Virus record (IMG/VR): IMGVR_UViG_2728369592_000010
Coordinates: 1 to 38,452 of that record
Length of the DNA: 38,452 bases
Source of the DNA: a virus
Lineage: Duplodnaviria; Heunggongvirae; Uroviricota; Caudoviricetes
Strand: one strand, 5' to 3'
The position numbers were made by a program, and so were the translations under genes. How positions within the stretch are numbered: the stretch's first letter is position 1; each line of letters begins with the position of its first letter. Shown in pieces: positions 8,846 through 19,452 of the stretch. The notes under the pieces were generated by a model. It searched no databases, had not been told where the DNA came from, and worked only from the letters and a program-made list of their open reading frames with translations.

Positions 8846-10648
8846 TTAACCTCTCAAGAAACACGCCACAGCAACATCAAACAGGCTGGAATCCTGTATT
8901 GCCTGCTCACTTTCCCTGTTCGCTTCATCCAGTACTTCACGCGCACTGCGCGATTGTGGATTACCATCATCATCCAGCACGGTGATTATCATGTCAGGTG
9001 ATTCAAGCAGCGAGTCTTCAGCTATACGCAGATCAATATCTCCTGCCGGATCTGCCATCATTTTTTGTTCTGTCTGTTGCAATATCTTACCGGGCTCAAA
9101 AGGAGCTACTTCTTCTGGCGTCCTGACCTCTGCTGTTTTATAGAATGAAACAGCCTGAGCATTAAGTTCACTTTCTGCCTGCTGTCGTCGTGCCAGTTCT
9201 GCTCGAGCTTCAAAAAACTGACCTCCAGGCTCGTGCGGTGCCAACGCGTTACGAGAAAATTCCAGGCGTTCTTGTGCCTGCCGGATTCGTTGGTCAATAT
9301 CGCGAAGTCTGGCCTGTTTATCTGATCGAGCACGAGATAAAGCCTTACCGCTACCGGTTGGCTCTTCTGCAAGAATTTGTGCGCGCTGTTCAGTGAGATT
9401 TTCAATAATTCGTTGGCTATTAGCGATTTCAGACTGGTAAACCTTTCTATCGCCACGCGACAAAAGCTGCGCGGCCTGTTCTTCAAGCAACCGATTTTCT
9501 ATAGCGCGCGCCGTTACTCCATCATCTACAGATGACAGAGCCTCATTAACTGCCTGAGACAGCAGACTCTTGCGCCCAGGAATTTCACTGAAAGATGCAG
9601 ACTCAACAATGCTGGCAACGTCTACAGGTCTCCCCTGGCTAACATCAGACATGGCTTTTCGCAGAGCCTGAATGTGCGAATTACGCGAAAGCACGTTGAT
9701 CGGAACGCCGGGAGCAATATCAATTTCAGCATGATGAGCGGCATTCGCCGCCAGTGCAGCATCAATATCAACTGGTGAAAAATTTGGTGCGCTTGTAGAC
9801 TCGCCGCGAGAGTTAATAAATCTGCCGACACCACCAAACGCCACCCCAAGAACAGCATCAATAGCAATTGCCTGTCGATCCAACACATCATACTGGTTAG
9901 CCATTTCGCTATAGCCACCATCACGAAGCGTTTTTGCAGTAAGCCCACGCTGTGCCATACCGAACGCAATATTTGTACCTGCGGCATAGGCAATATCTGG
10001 CGTTGCACGTACTGCTGTTGCTGCGGCGCGTCGCACTGAACTTTCACCCGTCCGCGCAAGCTGAGCCGCCACACCTTCCGCCAGCGCACCACCAGCACGT
10101 AACCCGAGGCTCATAGGGATCAGTGTTCCGGCACCAGCAGTAATACCCTGCACTAATCCCGCTTCCTGCGCCGTCCTGAAATCAACACCCTGTGCTGTCA
10201 ACCGTTCAAACTCAGAAAAACCCTGTAGAGAAGCTACCGCCGCAGCACCTCCGACCGGACCACCGAGCGCTGTACCGACAACAGCCTGCCCGCCCATATC
10301 GAACAACCCATAAAGGACCTGCCCGGCGGTTCCGGTTGTCGCGGCATCAGGCGTCAGCCGCTTAACCTGCTGCTCTGCTAGTTTTCTCTGCTCAGCAATG
10401 TATGAAACTGAAGTGTCATTGAGCGAGGTGTTTTCGTTAACAAGCTGAGCAATCGGGGATACGATTTTATCCATCCCTGCCCATAGCAACTGATCTGGCT
10501 TTGCCACCAGCCCGGAGTACAAACCAGACAATGCCGCTCCTACAGCATTGTCGAAAAAACCAACATCGCTGTTAAAGCCAACTGGATTTGATGCTGCTTC
10601 GTCAAGCTGCTGATTCTGGTTTACTGGATTAAGGCCAAAGTAACTCAT
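8846..10648 (-). CDS. Internal virion / ejection protein with Gly/Ala-rich hydrophobic N-half and coiled-coil C-half
   Basis: 600 aa; start overlaps upstream stop; glycine-zipper-like membrane segments then heptad-rich region. Confidence 0.8.
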   Translation of the reverse strand: MSYFGLNPVNQNQQLDEAASNPVGFNSDVGFFDNAVGAALSGLYSGLVAKPDQLLWAGMDKIVSPIAQLVNENTSLNDTSVSYIAEQRKLAEQQVKRLTPDAATTGTAGQVLYGLFDMGGQAVVGTALGGPVGGAAAVASLQGFSEFERLTAQGVDFRTAQEAGLVQGITAGAGTLIPMSLGLRAGGALAEGVAAQLARTGESSVRRAAATAVRATPDIAYAAGTNIAFGMAQRGLTAKTLRDGGYSEMANQYDVLDRQAIAIDAVLGVAFGGVGRFINSRGESTSAPNFSPVDIDAALAANAAHHAEIDIAPGVPINVLSRNSHIQALRKAMSDVSQGRPVDVASIVESASFSEIPGRKSLLSQAVNEALSSVDDGVTARAIENRLLEEQAAQLLSRGDRKVYQSEIANSQRIIENLTEQRAQILAEEPTGSGKALSRARSDKQARLRDIDQRIRQAQERLEFSRNALAPHEPGGQFFEARAELARRQQAESELNAQAVSFYKTAEVRTPEEVAPFEPGKILQQTEQKMMADPAGDIDLRIAEDSLLESPDMIITVLDDDGNPQSRSAREVLDEANRESEQAIQDSSLFDVAVACFLRG

Positions 10649-13158
10649 TGCGGAATATCTCCGGAGAATCTCTGACGCTTCTGTGTCAGATCAAGAACAA
10701 CGGGAGAACCATCATCTTTTAGCAGATAACCAGTACCAAGTTTCACCAGGTACTGACTATCGCCGTAACTTTGCAAACCATACTGACCAGGCGGTGTTTT
10801 TATCCCGGCGCCGACCACTTGTTCATTCCAAGCCTGATTAACCTGCTTATCGAATTGCTCTGCAGACATTCCCCACGGCAAAAGGACATTCCCCATTCCG
10901 TTATAGTCATGCACGCCACCTGTAGCTACGTTAACAGCCTGCTTCCAGATATCAGTGTCAATTTCGCCTGATATCACGCCTTTTTTCGCCATCACACCAG
11001 CGTAATAGTCCTTTGCGATCTCGTATGCCATTGATGCCCCCTGAGCATCACCAGCAAATGCATCCTTCACCATGTCAGAAAACTCAAGGCGAAGATCAGC
11101 ATCTTTAGGCATCGGAATACCTTTCGCATCATCAGTACCTTTACGAGCCGCCGCGCCAGTAAGAATTGTCTGCGCAGCGGTTTCAGGAGACACGGAAACA
11201 TCCGGATTAAACCAGTTTTTTTCTGCCAAAATACCACCAGGCTTGTCCATCAGTATCCCGGCAACGGCAGCAGATGGAGCGTTGGCACTGATCTGCTGTA
11301 GTGCTGACATATACACCTGCCCACCACCAGTGCTCTGCCTGATGGTATCGAGATATGCTGCCTGTTGGGAAACTGGAGCATCACGAAAGAAAACACCGAT
11401 CTGATTGGCCTCGTCTTTGGAAAAGAACGTCAGTGGAGTGCCATATGACTTAGCAAGGTCACTGACCTGAGCAGCACGCAAGGCAACGCTCTGTCCAAAG
11501 TTATCCTTATTGCTCATGTCGATAGGCTTTGCCTGTCCGGCGGCAAGAGAGAACTGTACAGGATCAGCCTGTCGCTGCTTTATCACCTGACTTGCAGCCG
11601 ACACAACGTTGTCATAAAGAGCGGCTCGTGCCGCATAACCCTCCCCTGTCTCACCAGTATCCGGGCGTAATTGCTCAACATATGCTGTAATGCTGCTTGT
11701 CGGCATGTTGCGGAAAGAGCCTATATACTGTCCGGCGATTTGCGTATTTCTGAACTCGGTATATCGCAGGTTTCCTTCTCTGACTCCATAAGCTGCAATA
11801 AAATCAGCCTCACCAGGTGGGTTAGGAAATTCAACGCCCCGCATATACGCAGCTGTCGCATCGCGAACCTTGCTGTCAATCATCGTTTTATATTCAGCCT
11901 GCTGCTGCCGACGCAGTTGATCCGCCTGTCGCATAAAACTTGCCTGCGCCTCAGGAGATGCCGCATCGAATGCTGCATTACCGGTATAGCGTTTGGTGTT
12001 GGTTGGAATTGTTGATAAACCAAGTGCTGCACTGACACCAGCAGTTAACTGCTGATCACTGTATGGCTGGCTACCGTTCTCATGATGGATAATGGCTGCA
12101 CAAAGCGCCTTCAGGGTATCAGGATTTGATGCATCGAGAGGCTCATCAGCAGAAACGCCAAGTTGTTCGCACACTGCTTTGATATACGACATAGTGTCAT
12201 TTTTATCAGTAGGCGGTGCCCAGCGATTAATTATCTCGCTGACGGTATCAATACCCTGCCGCTGATACGACATCAGGTTCCGCCCTAATGCACGAATCCC
12301 GTGTTCAGGTGTTTCGAATTTAGCAAATCTACCATCATCACCGGTCTGGCCTACCCACGGATTAGTTTTGCTGTATTCGAGATTTCCGGGGTTATTGTTG
12401 CGTATGCCACGGACACGCTCGGAAGAGCCACTATCTGTTACAGCACGGCGAGCTCCAGCAGCAGTATCACTTAACTCGCCATTACTTTGGATGAATGCGG
12501 TCGCATTGTTTGCCGACCACTGGGACAATGCTGCATCAGCAACCTTCTCTTTAAACTCGATTTTCTTGGTCTGTATTTGCTCGTCGCTCCAGCCATGTGC
12601 AGCACCGTACTCCTCAATTTGCTGGAAAGTTTGCTTATTAGCCAATACGTATGCGGCATTGTCGCCATACAATGCTGCGGCATTTTTACCATTGTTCAGC
12701 AGCGTCGCCTGAAACTGACCTTCTTCGTAGGCATTAATTTGCCCTATCTCGTGCCGCCCGGCCTGCGTAGTGAACTGAATGCGCTGCTGCTGCGCCTGCT
12801 GCATGAAAGCATTACGAGCCTGTTCATCCGGCAGCGACATAGCCAGTTGTTCGACCTGAGCATCAAACTGCTGCGTATACTCATGGCCTTTTCCAATAGC
12901 ATTTTTCCCTTTCAGGTTAAGCAAACCTGTTTCAGGGTTATTCAGCAGATCACTGCTTATCTGACTGAGGTTAAGAGATGCCTCCTGAGCCAGAGCGATA
13001 TTGGCACGCTGTTTTGCCTGCCCCAAAACATCAATTGCCTCTGTCCCTGCCCGAACAAAAGCATCACCAATACCTGGCTGAGAAAACGTCTGCAAGCCTG
13101 CTGACTGAACTCCACGGCTCTCAACCTGGCGTCCGGATACTGTTGGTACGACTGGCAT
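10645..13158 (-). CDS. Large internal virion protein with a conserved central domain (motif GIRNNNPGNL...FETPEHG...RWAPP), possibly enzymatic
   Basis: Start set at ATG 13158 (TAATG overlap with upstream stop, SD GGAGGA) rather than the ORF-track start at 13233. Confidence 0.8.
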   Translation of the reverse strand: MPVVPTVSGRQVESRGVQSAGLQTFSQPGIGDAFVRAGTEAIDVLGQAKQRANIALAQEASLNLSQISSDLLNNPETGLLNLKGKNAIGKGHEYTQQFDAQVEQLAMSLPDEQARNAFMQQAQQQRIQFTTQAGRHEIGQINAYEEGQFQATLLNNGKNAAALYGDNAAYVLANKQTFQQIEEYGAAHGWSDEQIQTKKIEFKEKVADAALSQWSANNATAFIQSNGELSDTAAGARRAVTDSGSSERVRGIRNNNPGNLEYSKTNPWVGQTGDDGRFAKFETPEHGIRALGRNLMSYQRQGIDTVSEIINRWAPPTDKNDTMSYIKAVCEQLGVSADEPLDASNPDTLKALCAAIIHHENGSQPYSDQQLTAGVSAALGLSTIPTNTKRYTGNAAFDAASPEAQASFMRQADQLRRQQQAEYKTMIDSKVRDATAAYMRGVEFPNPPGEADFIAAYGVREGNLRYTEFRNTQIAGQYIGSFRNMPTSSITAYVEQLRPDTGETGEGYAARAALYDNVVSAASQVIKQRQADPVQFSLAAGQAKPIDMSNKDNFGQSVALRAAQVSDLAKSYGTPLTFFSKDEANQIGVFFRDAPVSQQAAYLDTIRQSTGGGQVYMSALQQISANAPSAAVAGILMDKPGGILAEKNWFNPDVSVSPETAAQTILTGAAARKGTDDAKGIPMPKDADLRLEFSDMVKDAFAGDAQGASMAYEIAKDYYAGVMAKKGVISGEIDTDIWKQAVNVATGGVHDYNGMGNVLLPWGMSAEQFDKQVNQAWNEQVVGAGIKTPPGQYGLQSYGDSQYLVKLGTGYLLKDDGSPVVLDLTQKRQRFSGDIPQ

Positions 13159-13703
13159 TATAATCCTCCGGGTAATCTGGTTCCTGCTGCTGCCCCGATT
13201 GGCGCAGGGGTGCTTTGAGTAAACGGACTCCACGTCCCACCAAACATCTGGTACGCACCGTATGCCTTCAGAGGCGCAGTGAGCAATGTTGTTGCTGCTC
13301 CTACATTCCCCTGTTTACGGGCTGAACTGGCTTCTGCTTTATAGTTGGCAGCCTGAACCTGATAACCGTAAGCCTCGCGTTGCGCGTTATTCACCGTCGT
13401 CAGCGAATCAAGAGCGCCAAACTGGGCAGTGTCGCCAAATATATCCAGCGCGTTACCTGTAGATAAATCAGCGCCGGTAGCCCCCATTGTCGCCGCCTGT
13501 GTACCAAGCCGCTGTCGGGTCTCTCTGCGTCGTTGCTCAGCTTCAGCGTTACCTCTGTTTATTGCATCATTTGCCTGAGCTGTGGCTATATCTGCGTTCG
13601 CTTCTGCAACCTTCGAGGCATACTTTCCCTGTTGGTACTGGGTGTATGCCTGAATGCCACTCATGGCGAGCATTGCGCCACCAGCAATAACCGGATCGCA
13701 CAT
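13158..13703 (-). CDS. Virion internal protein (gp14-position analogue)
   Basis: 181 aa, Ala/Gln-rich; translationally coupled to both neighbours by 1-nt overlaps. Confidence 0.7.
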   Translation of the reverse strand: MCDPVIAGGAMLAMSGIQAYTQYQQGKYASKVAEANADIATAQANDAINRGNAEAEQRRRETRQRLGTQAATMGATGADLSTGNALDIFGDTAQFGALDSLTTVNNAQREAYGYQVQAANYKAEASSARKQGNVGAATTLLTAPLKAYGAYQMFGGTWSPFTQSTPAPIGAAAGTRLPGGL

Positions 13704-14167
13704 TATTTTCTCTCCATGTGAAATCTGTGGAAATTAAGACCAAGAGCACCATAAGGCGCGGCTTCTTCAAGCCTGAATCCAAGCCAGTGCAGCCATGCTT
13801 TGGCAACATGGTTTCGCTCGTCGACGTAGTTTTCCAGGCGCGGATAAACTGCCAGCATCTGCTGCAATACAGGGCGGCAGTGGCGCAGAAATGTCTTCTG
13901 ATATTTTTCAATACGGCTGGTTCCTACCAGCCAGGGCGTACCATTGCCACCGATCATTGACGCCGGAGATACGCCAAACATGGTTACCAGTTCTCCGTTC
14001 GCAAATCCTGACCAGGCCATAGTCGCAGTGCGCAGACCAACACGCAGCGCATCTTCGGTAGTCATCAGCGATACCGCATACAGTTCGTCAATATCAGCCT
14101 GACGAACATCCGGCAAAATCATCTGAAGATGCTCTTCGGTAGCGGGAATAATTTGAACATCGACCAT
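13703..14167 (-). CDS. Virion-associated protein, function unknown
   Basis: 154-aa ORF, translationally coupled between the tail tube B-like gene and internal virion protein genes. Confidence 0.7.
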   Translation of the reverse strand: MVDVQIIPATEEHLQMILPDVRQADIDELYAVSLMTTEDALRVGLRTATMAWSGFANGELVTMFGVSPASMIGGNGTPWLVGTSRIEKYQKTFLRHCRPVLQQMLAVYPRLENYVDERNHVAKAWLHWLGFRLEEAAPYGALGLNFHRFHMERK

Positions 14168-16638
14168 CAGAATCCCCCAACAGTAAGGCGAGGAATAACG
14201 GCAAGAACAGACAGCGGCAACGGGTCAAGCTGACGGATTTTTACACGCCCGTTTTTGCCCCAGTTACTGTCCAGCTTCACTTCTACTTTTCCGGTAGCAT
14301 CATCAACAGGATCATCGTAGAACTCGAATTCACGCTGTGGATATTCGTACCATTTACCGCCGGGCGTAGTCGCCCAGATGCCGCGACTGGCATTCACAAC
14401 CAGAGTAACGGACGGGATCACCTGTTTTTTGTCCAGCAGCGTTTCCTGTCCGTTAATGTTGATATCCAGTGTTTCGAATTCAGCAGTTATTGGCAGGCCG
14501 ATGTGCACAACAGCCCCCGGTGATTCCAGCGTGACGGCACCTCCGGAAACCACTTTTTGTGGTTCCACGTTCGCATCAGAGAGGATGTTTACGGTCTGGC
14601 CTTCAAGATGAGACAAGCCGCCAAATGTCCGGCGCGCCATCTGCCAGTTCGTGGTGGCCACATTCCTGAGGGATGGCGGGACGTTCCTGTTAGCACGAAC
14701 CACTACTGCGGTATTGCTGGTTACAGAAATAATGTCGCAACGTAATTCTTTTGACACTTCATCGCCAGTATCAGGATCAGTTCCGGTATAAGGGAACTGT
14801 AGTTGCGCGCCGACATCACTACTGGTGAAGTACGCACCACCAGAAACACTGATTGTATATTCCGCACGGTAATCCCATTCACCAGAACCACCAGTGATGG
14901 TCATCGTTCTGTCAGACGTATTTCTTCCATCATAGCTAAGGCCAGAATCAACAAAGAAAGCATCTTCATCGCTGGTAAATAAACGGCTGGACAGTCGCTC
15001 GATGTATCTCACTGTTTGCCCGTTAACGGTTCGGTTAATGACGAAATACACCGCATCTTCATTGCCTTCGCTGATACTGCATGTGCTTTCATATTTTCCG
15101 GTACTGGACTGTGGTGCCCATGCAAAAACCTGTTGATCACGCAAATAGGTCATCACCAGTAATTTACCGTCATCACGAATGCAGAAGGCGCTGGAGTAAG
15201 GGACAATAGAGAAGCACCAGTCAACAATGCTGTGCTTCTGAAAAAGATGATTGGCAAGGATAGTAAGGTCGTTCCCCTGATAGCCGTCAACATCGAATGA
15301 GTAGGCCAGATCACGGACAACACTGCCTTTCTCCTGGACGAACAGAGCAATATTCGCCACAGCAATTGGTGGGACGTTGCTTGAGCCATTTGATCCCTGA
15401 GAGCTGAATGCAAATGATGATGGGGTTAACACTTTGTTCTGGTCGCCGGTGATGACGTACTCACCTCCGGAAGTCAGCGCCACCAGCGAACCAACATCAA
15501 TCAGGTGGCGGATCTCATTAACCTGACGCCCGGCATAGGTGTAGATAATTCTGTCGTCATCCTGCGTAGGATTGCTTTTGCCAAAATCCTTATAATCCCC
15601 GGTACGGCTGGCCCAGATAGTCTGAGGGAACGCAGTCGATGCGGCGAAGTAAAGACGTTGTTGATAATAAACAACAGTGCCAGGATAACCATTAACACTG
15701 TTCCAGGCATATTTAGCCCATTTATAGCTGGCATTATCCTCGCCAACGACCTGCGAAGGGATATAGGAAATCACCTCGGCAGTTGCAGTAGTGCCGTTTA
15801 CAGCAGTGATACGGGCAATGCCAAAACCACTGTGCAGATACTCCCACTCAATGCCAGTATCATCATCACCGGAGCCGCCCCAGCCATCCCATGATGTGCC
15901 TTCTGTATGCGAAGGGCGCAAAGTGCCTGTTTTGCCTGCTGTAACGGCGCGATAGTAGTTACTGTCTGCACGGCGAATATCGCCAATCGACGTACTCTTA
16001 CTGGTTTCCCATACCGGCACTGAATCCACTGCAGGCTGTTCCAGATAGAACAATTTGCCTACCTGCTCCGCGCCAAAAATAGAGGCGCTTGCCGTTAACG
16101 TAATTGTCCCGGTGCTGGCGCTGGCATAAACCGTCACTGACTCGTCAATATTGATATCTTCAAATGGCCCGTTCTTCGTTACCACATCAACCAGTTGCCA
16201 GTTGTCATGCGCATAGCGGCGCAACTCTTTCGGCGGGTATGCCGGGTGAACCAGCGTAAGCACGTCGGCGCTTTGCGTAAATTTAATTCGGAACAGATCG
16301 GCTTCAGTATATGGCGTGGCAATTTCATAAATAACATTGCTGCTGTTCAGCACCAACGCACCATCTTTGATAACGCGCATGTACTGGTGCCCGAACTCCA
16401 GAGCATAGGTCTGAACCGTCGAGAACTGGAACGGGATCAGGCGGCATTTCCGATTTGGGTATTTGGCGGCACCGACAAAACGCGTACCAGGTCGATTCTC
16501 AACGCCGCCATACTGCCGCACGATAAAGTTATCGCACTTGCGCAATGCCACCTGGTACTTCGCCATGTCGATACGACCGTACAACGACGGTCCAATCTCA
16601 CCACCGGCAAAGCTGGGCTGGATCCAACTGATAGCCAT
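14167..16638 (-). CDS. Tail tube / nozzle protein (T7 gp12-like tail tubular protein B)
   Basis: 823 aa; N-terminus resembles T7 gp12 N-terminus from memory; directly follows the gp11-like gene as in T7-type tails. Confidence 0.75.
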   Translation of the reverse strand: MAISWIQPSFAGGEIGPSLYGRIDMAKYQVALRKCDNFIVRQYGGVENRPGTRFVGAAKYPNRKCRLIPFQFSTVQTYALEFGHQYMRVIKDGALVLNSSNVIYEIATPYTEADLFRIKFTQSADVLTLVHPAYPPKELRRYAHDNWQLVDVVTKNGPFEDINIDESVTVYASASTGTITLTASASIFGAEQVGKLFYLEQPAVDSVPVWETSKSTSIGDIRRADSNYYRAVTAGKTGTLRPSHTEGTSWDGWGGSGDDDTGIEWEYLHSGFGIARITAVNGTTATAEVISYIPSQVVGEDNASYKWAKYAWNSVNGYPGTVVYYQQRLYFAASTAFPQTIWASRTGDYKDFGKSNPTQDDDRIIYTYAGRQVNEIRHLIDVGSLVALTSGGEYVITGDQNKVLTPSSFAFSSQGSNGSSNVPPIAVANIALFVQEKGSVVRDLAYSFDVDGYQGNDLTILANHLFQKHSIVDWCFSIVPYSSAFCIRDDGKLLVMTYLRDQQVFAWAPQSSTGKYESTCSISEGNEDAVYFVINRTVNGQTVRYIERLSSRLFTSDEDAFFVDSGLSYDGRNTSDRTMTITGGSGEWDYRAEYTISVSGGAYFTSSDVGAQLQFPYTGTDPDTGDEVSKELRCDIISVTSNTAVVVRANRNVPPSLRNVATTNWQMARRTFGGLSHLEGQTVNILSDANVEPQKVVSGGAVTLESPGAVVHIGLPITAEFETLDININGQETLLDKKQVIPSVTLVVNASRGIWATTPGGKWYEYPQREFEFYDDPVDDATGKVEVKLDSNWGKNGRVKIRQLDPLPLSVLAVIPRLTVGGF

Positions 16639-17246
16639 CAGGACAACCTCGCAATGGTAAACTCATCAACCGGTGGCTGTGGTTCCTGTGATTCATTCTG
16701 GCTATGCGATCCAGCACTAAGAATCACGCGATTGTACATATTGAGGGCAAACGTACCGAGGTCTGCATTCCCAGTCAGCGCCATGTTAATAGCTGCCGCA
16801 AGACGCCAGGCCAACGCCTCCATAAAAATGGCATCAAACATGTTCACATCTGTAACGCGAGAGACATACTTGAGCCATGCCTGAGGCTGATCTGTGTAGA
16901 TCAACTTTCCTGTTCCGTTGGTGTCTGCACCAACTTCGTACTGAACGCGCATTGATGCTGTTGGATTGCGTACACCAGGAAGCATAATTTCAGTAATGCG
17001 CAGACAATCTGACGGGTACTGGTACGCATATTCCCAGTCAGGCGGTGGATTGCTCGTATCTGCAAGCGCCACGCGTTTGGTAGCAAAGTTCCAGTCAAAA
17101 TCAGAAAGCACAGCATCACGGCAGGCCTCAAAGTGCAGCGAACATTCCCCCGCTTCCTTGCTGGCTTCCGTCAGGCTGTTAATGCTGCGGCTGTTGCCAA
17201 TATTGGACAGCGCACGATTACAGATCTCTACTACAGAGGCCATCAC
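16638..17246 (-). CDS. Tail adaptor / gatekeeper protein (T7 gp11-like tail tubular protein A)
   Basis: 202 aa, size and position match gp11 upstream of the gp12-like gene; weak N-terminal resemblance. Confidence 0.7.
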   Translation of the reverse strand: MMASVVEICNRALSNIGNSRSINSLTEASKEAGECSLHFEACRDAVLSDFDWNFATKRVALADTSNPPPDWEYAYQYPSDCLRITEIMLPGVRNPTASMRVQYEVGADTNGTGKLIYTDQPQAWLKYVSRVTDVNMFDAIFMEALAWRLAAAINMALTGNADLGTFALNMYNRVILSAGSHSQNESQEPQPPVDEFTIARLS

Positions 17247-17566
17247 TCACCTCCGTTACCGTACAGAGTTTCAGCCGCTGATTTTTCTACATCCCCGGAA
17301 ACAGGAGCGATCGCCATATCAGTGATCTGCAGATCGGCGCTGCGATTAACGCCATCGTCAGTTTCTCTGGCAGACAGGCCTCGAATAACAGCCTTTGCAG
17401 TTATCATCACTTCTGTTCCGACGCCCTTAGGTTGCGCCTTCAGCTTATTCAATGTGTCGTTATTCAGCGTGATGCACAGCCCCCACGGGTATTCATCGCG
17501 AGTTCTGGTTTCTCCGCTCTCATCCTGGTAGCTGTCAGTGCCGGTTTTGAGGTTTACGAGTTCCAT
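17243..17566 (-). CDS. Head-tail joining region protein, unknown function
   Basis: ORF with SD AGGAG 5 nt before ATG at 17566; ORF-track start at 17572 is a GTG without SD. Confidence 0.6.
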   Translation of the reverse strand: MELVNLKTGTDSYQDESGETRTRDEYPWGLCITLNNDTLNKLKAQPKGVGTEVMITAKAVIRGLSARETDDGVNRSADLQITDMAIAPVSGDVEKSAAETLYGNGGE

Positions 17567-17582
17567 ATACACTCCTGCAATA

Positions 17583-17600
17583 AAGGGGCCGAAGCCCCTT
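17583..17600 (-). other. Stable hairpin GGGGC-UUCG-GCCCC in the late transcript (attenuator / RNA-stability element)
   Basis: Seven-bp stem with UUCG tetraloop on the minus-strand RNA, between two late genes and just upstream of an RBS. Confidence 0.4.
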
Positions 17601-17616
17601 GTCTGATCCGCGAGGC

Positions 17617-17961
17617 TTACACGCCCAGTTCTTTACGCTTATCTGCGATCTTCTCGCGGAGCGTTTCGGCTTTGGCGTTATGGTGTGGCTTCTCGTTAAA
17701 GAGCAATTCGTACTCTTCACGGAGCTTATCCAGTTCACCATCATCTGACACATCGTTGATGATTTTGGTGCTGATTGCTGCCATTGACACCTTTCCTGCA
17801 ACTTTTGCTTTTGCCTGTCTGGCTGCATCGTTAACAGGTTCCAGTGCGCTACCAGGCTCACCTTCGTATTCGATTTCTGCCCCCTCCGGCCACAGAGTGT
17901 TATGGATATGAGAGAGGCGCAGAACGCGGTATCTTGGTTTCTCACCTGACATAGATATCAC
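17617..17961 (-). CDS. Head-associated protein, unknown function
   Basis: 114-aa ORF in the head module between capsid-proximal genes. Confidence 0.6.
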   Translation of the reverse strand: MISMSGEKPRYRVLRLSHIHNTLWPEGAEIEYEGEPGSALEPVNDAARQAKAKVAGKVSMAAISTKIINDVSDDGELDKLREEYELLFNEKPHHNAKAETLREKIADKRKELGV

Positions 17962-17962
17962 C

Positions 17963-18400
17963 TTAACCAGTTACTTTTGAGCGGATCGGATACGGCGTAT
18001 TGGCATCAACATCAAGACTGATACCAGCAGTGAATTCGCCAGCCGTTAGTGGGCCAGTTGCGACGGAGTAGTTAACACGCAGATATCGCTGAACACCGGC
18101 AGGCACCTTTGCAGAAACAACTCGTTTACCTGCTGTCAGGGCGGTCTTTGCCAGTGCGCCACTATCATAAATAGTGGTCCATGAGCTGTTATTCTCACTC
18201 GTCTGCAACTGGATGTTTACAGTTGCATCACCGCTTGCCGTGGCGGCTGTGCTAACCAGCACCCAAAACTCAAGCGGGTAACCCACGCCGATATCACGAC
18301 GTTTTCCGTCAATTGGACCGAGATCGATTACGTCAGTAGAAGCCGCGGTATCAGTTACCGCCTGTGCTTCGGAGAACATCAACAGTTTGTCGGTGATCAT
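17963..18400 (-). CDS. Putative capsid decoration / minor capsid protein
   Basis: 145-aa ORF immediately after the major capsid gene; assignment by position only. Confidence 0.55.
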   Translation of the reverse strand: MITDKLLMFSEAQAVTDTAASTDVIDLGPIDGKRRDIGVGYPLEFWVLVSTAATASGDATVNIQLQTSENNSSWTTIYDSGALAKTALTAGKRVVSAKVPAGVQRYLRVNYSVATGPLTAGEFTAGISLDVDANTPYPIRSKVTG

Positions 18401-18451
18401 CTTCTTTCTCCATTAGTGGGTCTGTTACGACCCACAGGTTAATAACAGGCG

Positions 18452-19444
18452 TTACACCACGCGGGCTTCTGTTTCCAGAAGCGCATCAGTTTCACGGATT
18501 GGTACACCACGGAATGACGTCCACCACTCGCCTTCAGTCTCTTTTACGCTAATCGCCAGAGATGTTTTCTCCAGAGACTGCAAATCAAGAGCCTGGCCTA
18601 CAGTGCGGTTCATGTAGAACACCGGGCGCCCCATGCCACGGTTTGGAATGCGATGCAGTGCTTTAACCATCAACTTCGCAATATTTGCGGCAGAGGAAGG
18701 TTCTGAAAGATTGCTGACATCGATGTTTGCAATGCGAACAACATAACGCCAGTCACGCAGAGCAAGTCCGTTATCCCATTTGTAATGGGTACGGTAGCCT
18801 TCGTACTTGCCGCCATTAGCATCTTCCAGTGTCACCTGGCCTTTATCTTCCATCTGAATGCCAGCCTTCTGCCCTTTCGGGAAGATGCCATGCACGGTGT
18901 TTTCGCCCCACACCACTAACCAGATTGAGGTGTTATCTGTACCCGTGCCACCAGCATCAATGATGTTCTGAGCATTACCTGCAGACAGGCTGGAATAGCG
19001 GGAGGACAGTCCCATAAACTGCTGAGGGTTAACGCTGGAATCACCATAAAACAGCGTCTGCGCCATCTGCTGATTCATCGCTTCAATAAATGCGCGGTCT
19101 TCAGACAGGCGGAATTCGGCGGTATTGCCGTTCAGATCAGCCAGTGACTTATCGACTTCAGCATAGGTTTCCAGCATGCCAACGGAATCGGTTACCTGCA
19201 CTGTGGTTGATTTGCTTGGCTGTACGCCATAGTTCAGCAAACGCCAGGTAGCTGAAGGTAAACCAGAACGAATGGTGGTTCGGTGTCCGGTAGGAAGGTT
19301 CCCTTCGACAAAAGGCATATCCTGAAGGATCGGGTTAGTTTGACCGAGAAGCTCGATAATCTTATCGACTTTCCCGTTTGGATCGACGCGCTTACCCCAG
19401 TCAGCCAGCGTTAGCGCAGTTAAGCCTTTAACAGCCATTGTCAT
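18452..19444 (-). CDS. Major capsid protein
   Basis: 330 aa, follows the scaffold gene and precedes the decoration candidate; size and position match a HK97-fold major capsid protein of epsilon15-type phages. Confidence 0.8.
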   Translation of the reverse strand: MTMAVKGLTALTLADWGKRVDPNGKVDKIIELLGQTNPILQDMPFVEGNLPTGHRTTIRSGLPSATWRLLNYGVQPSKSTTVQVTDSVGMLETYAEVDKSLADLNGNTAEFRLSEDRAFIEAMNQQMAQTLFYGDSSVNPQQFMGLSSRYSSLSAGNAQNIIDAGGTGTDNTSIWLVVWGENTVHGIFPKGQKAGIQMEDKGQVTLEDANGGKYEGYRTHYKWDNGLALRDWRYVVRIANIDVSNLSEPSSAANIAKLMVKALHRIPNRGMGRPVFYMNRTVGQALDLQSLEKTSLAISVKETEGEWWTSFRGVPIRETDALLETEARVV

Positions 19445-19452
19445 TTCCTCTC

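Noticed and set aside
9622-10098. Antisense ORFs inside large virion genes (also 12487-13104, 16195-16884, 20570-21307, 24654-25160 and similar)
   Set aside because: Fully nested opposite to long, well-supported genes, no SD, low-complexity products; typical spurious frames
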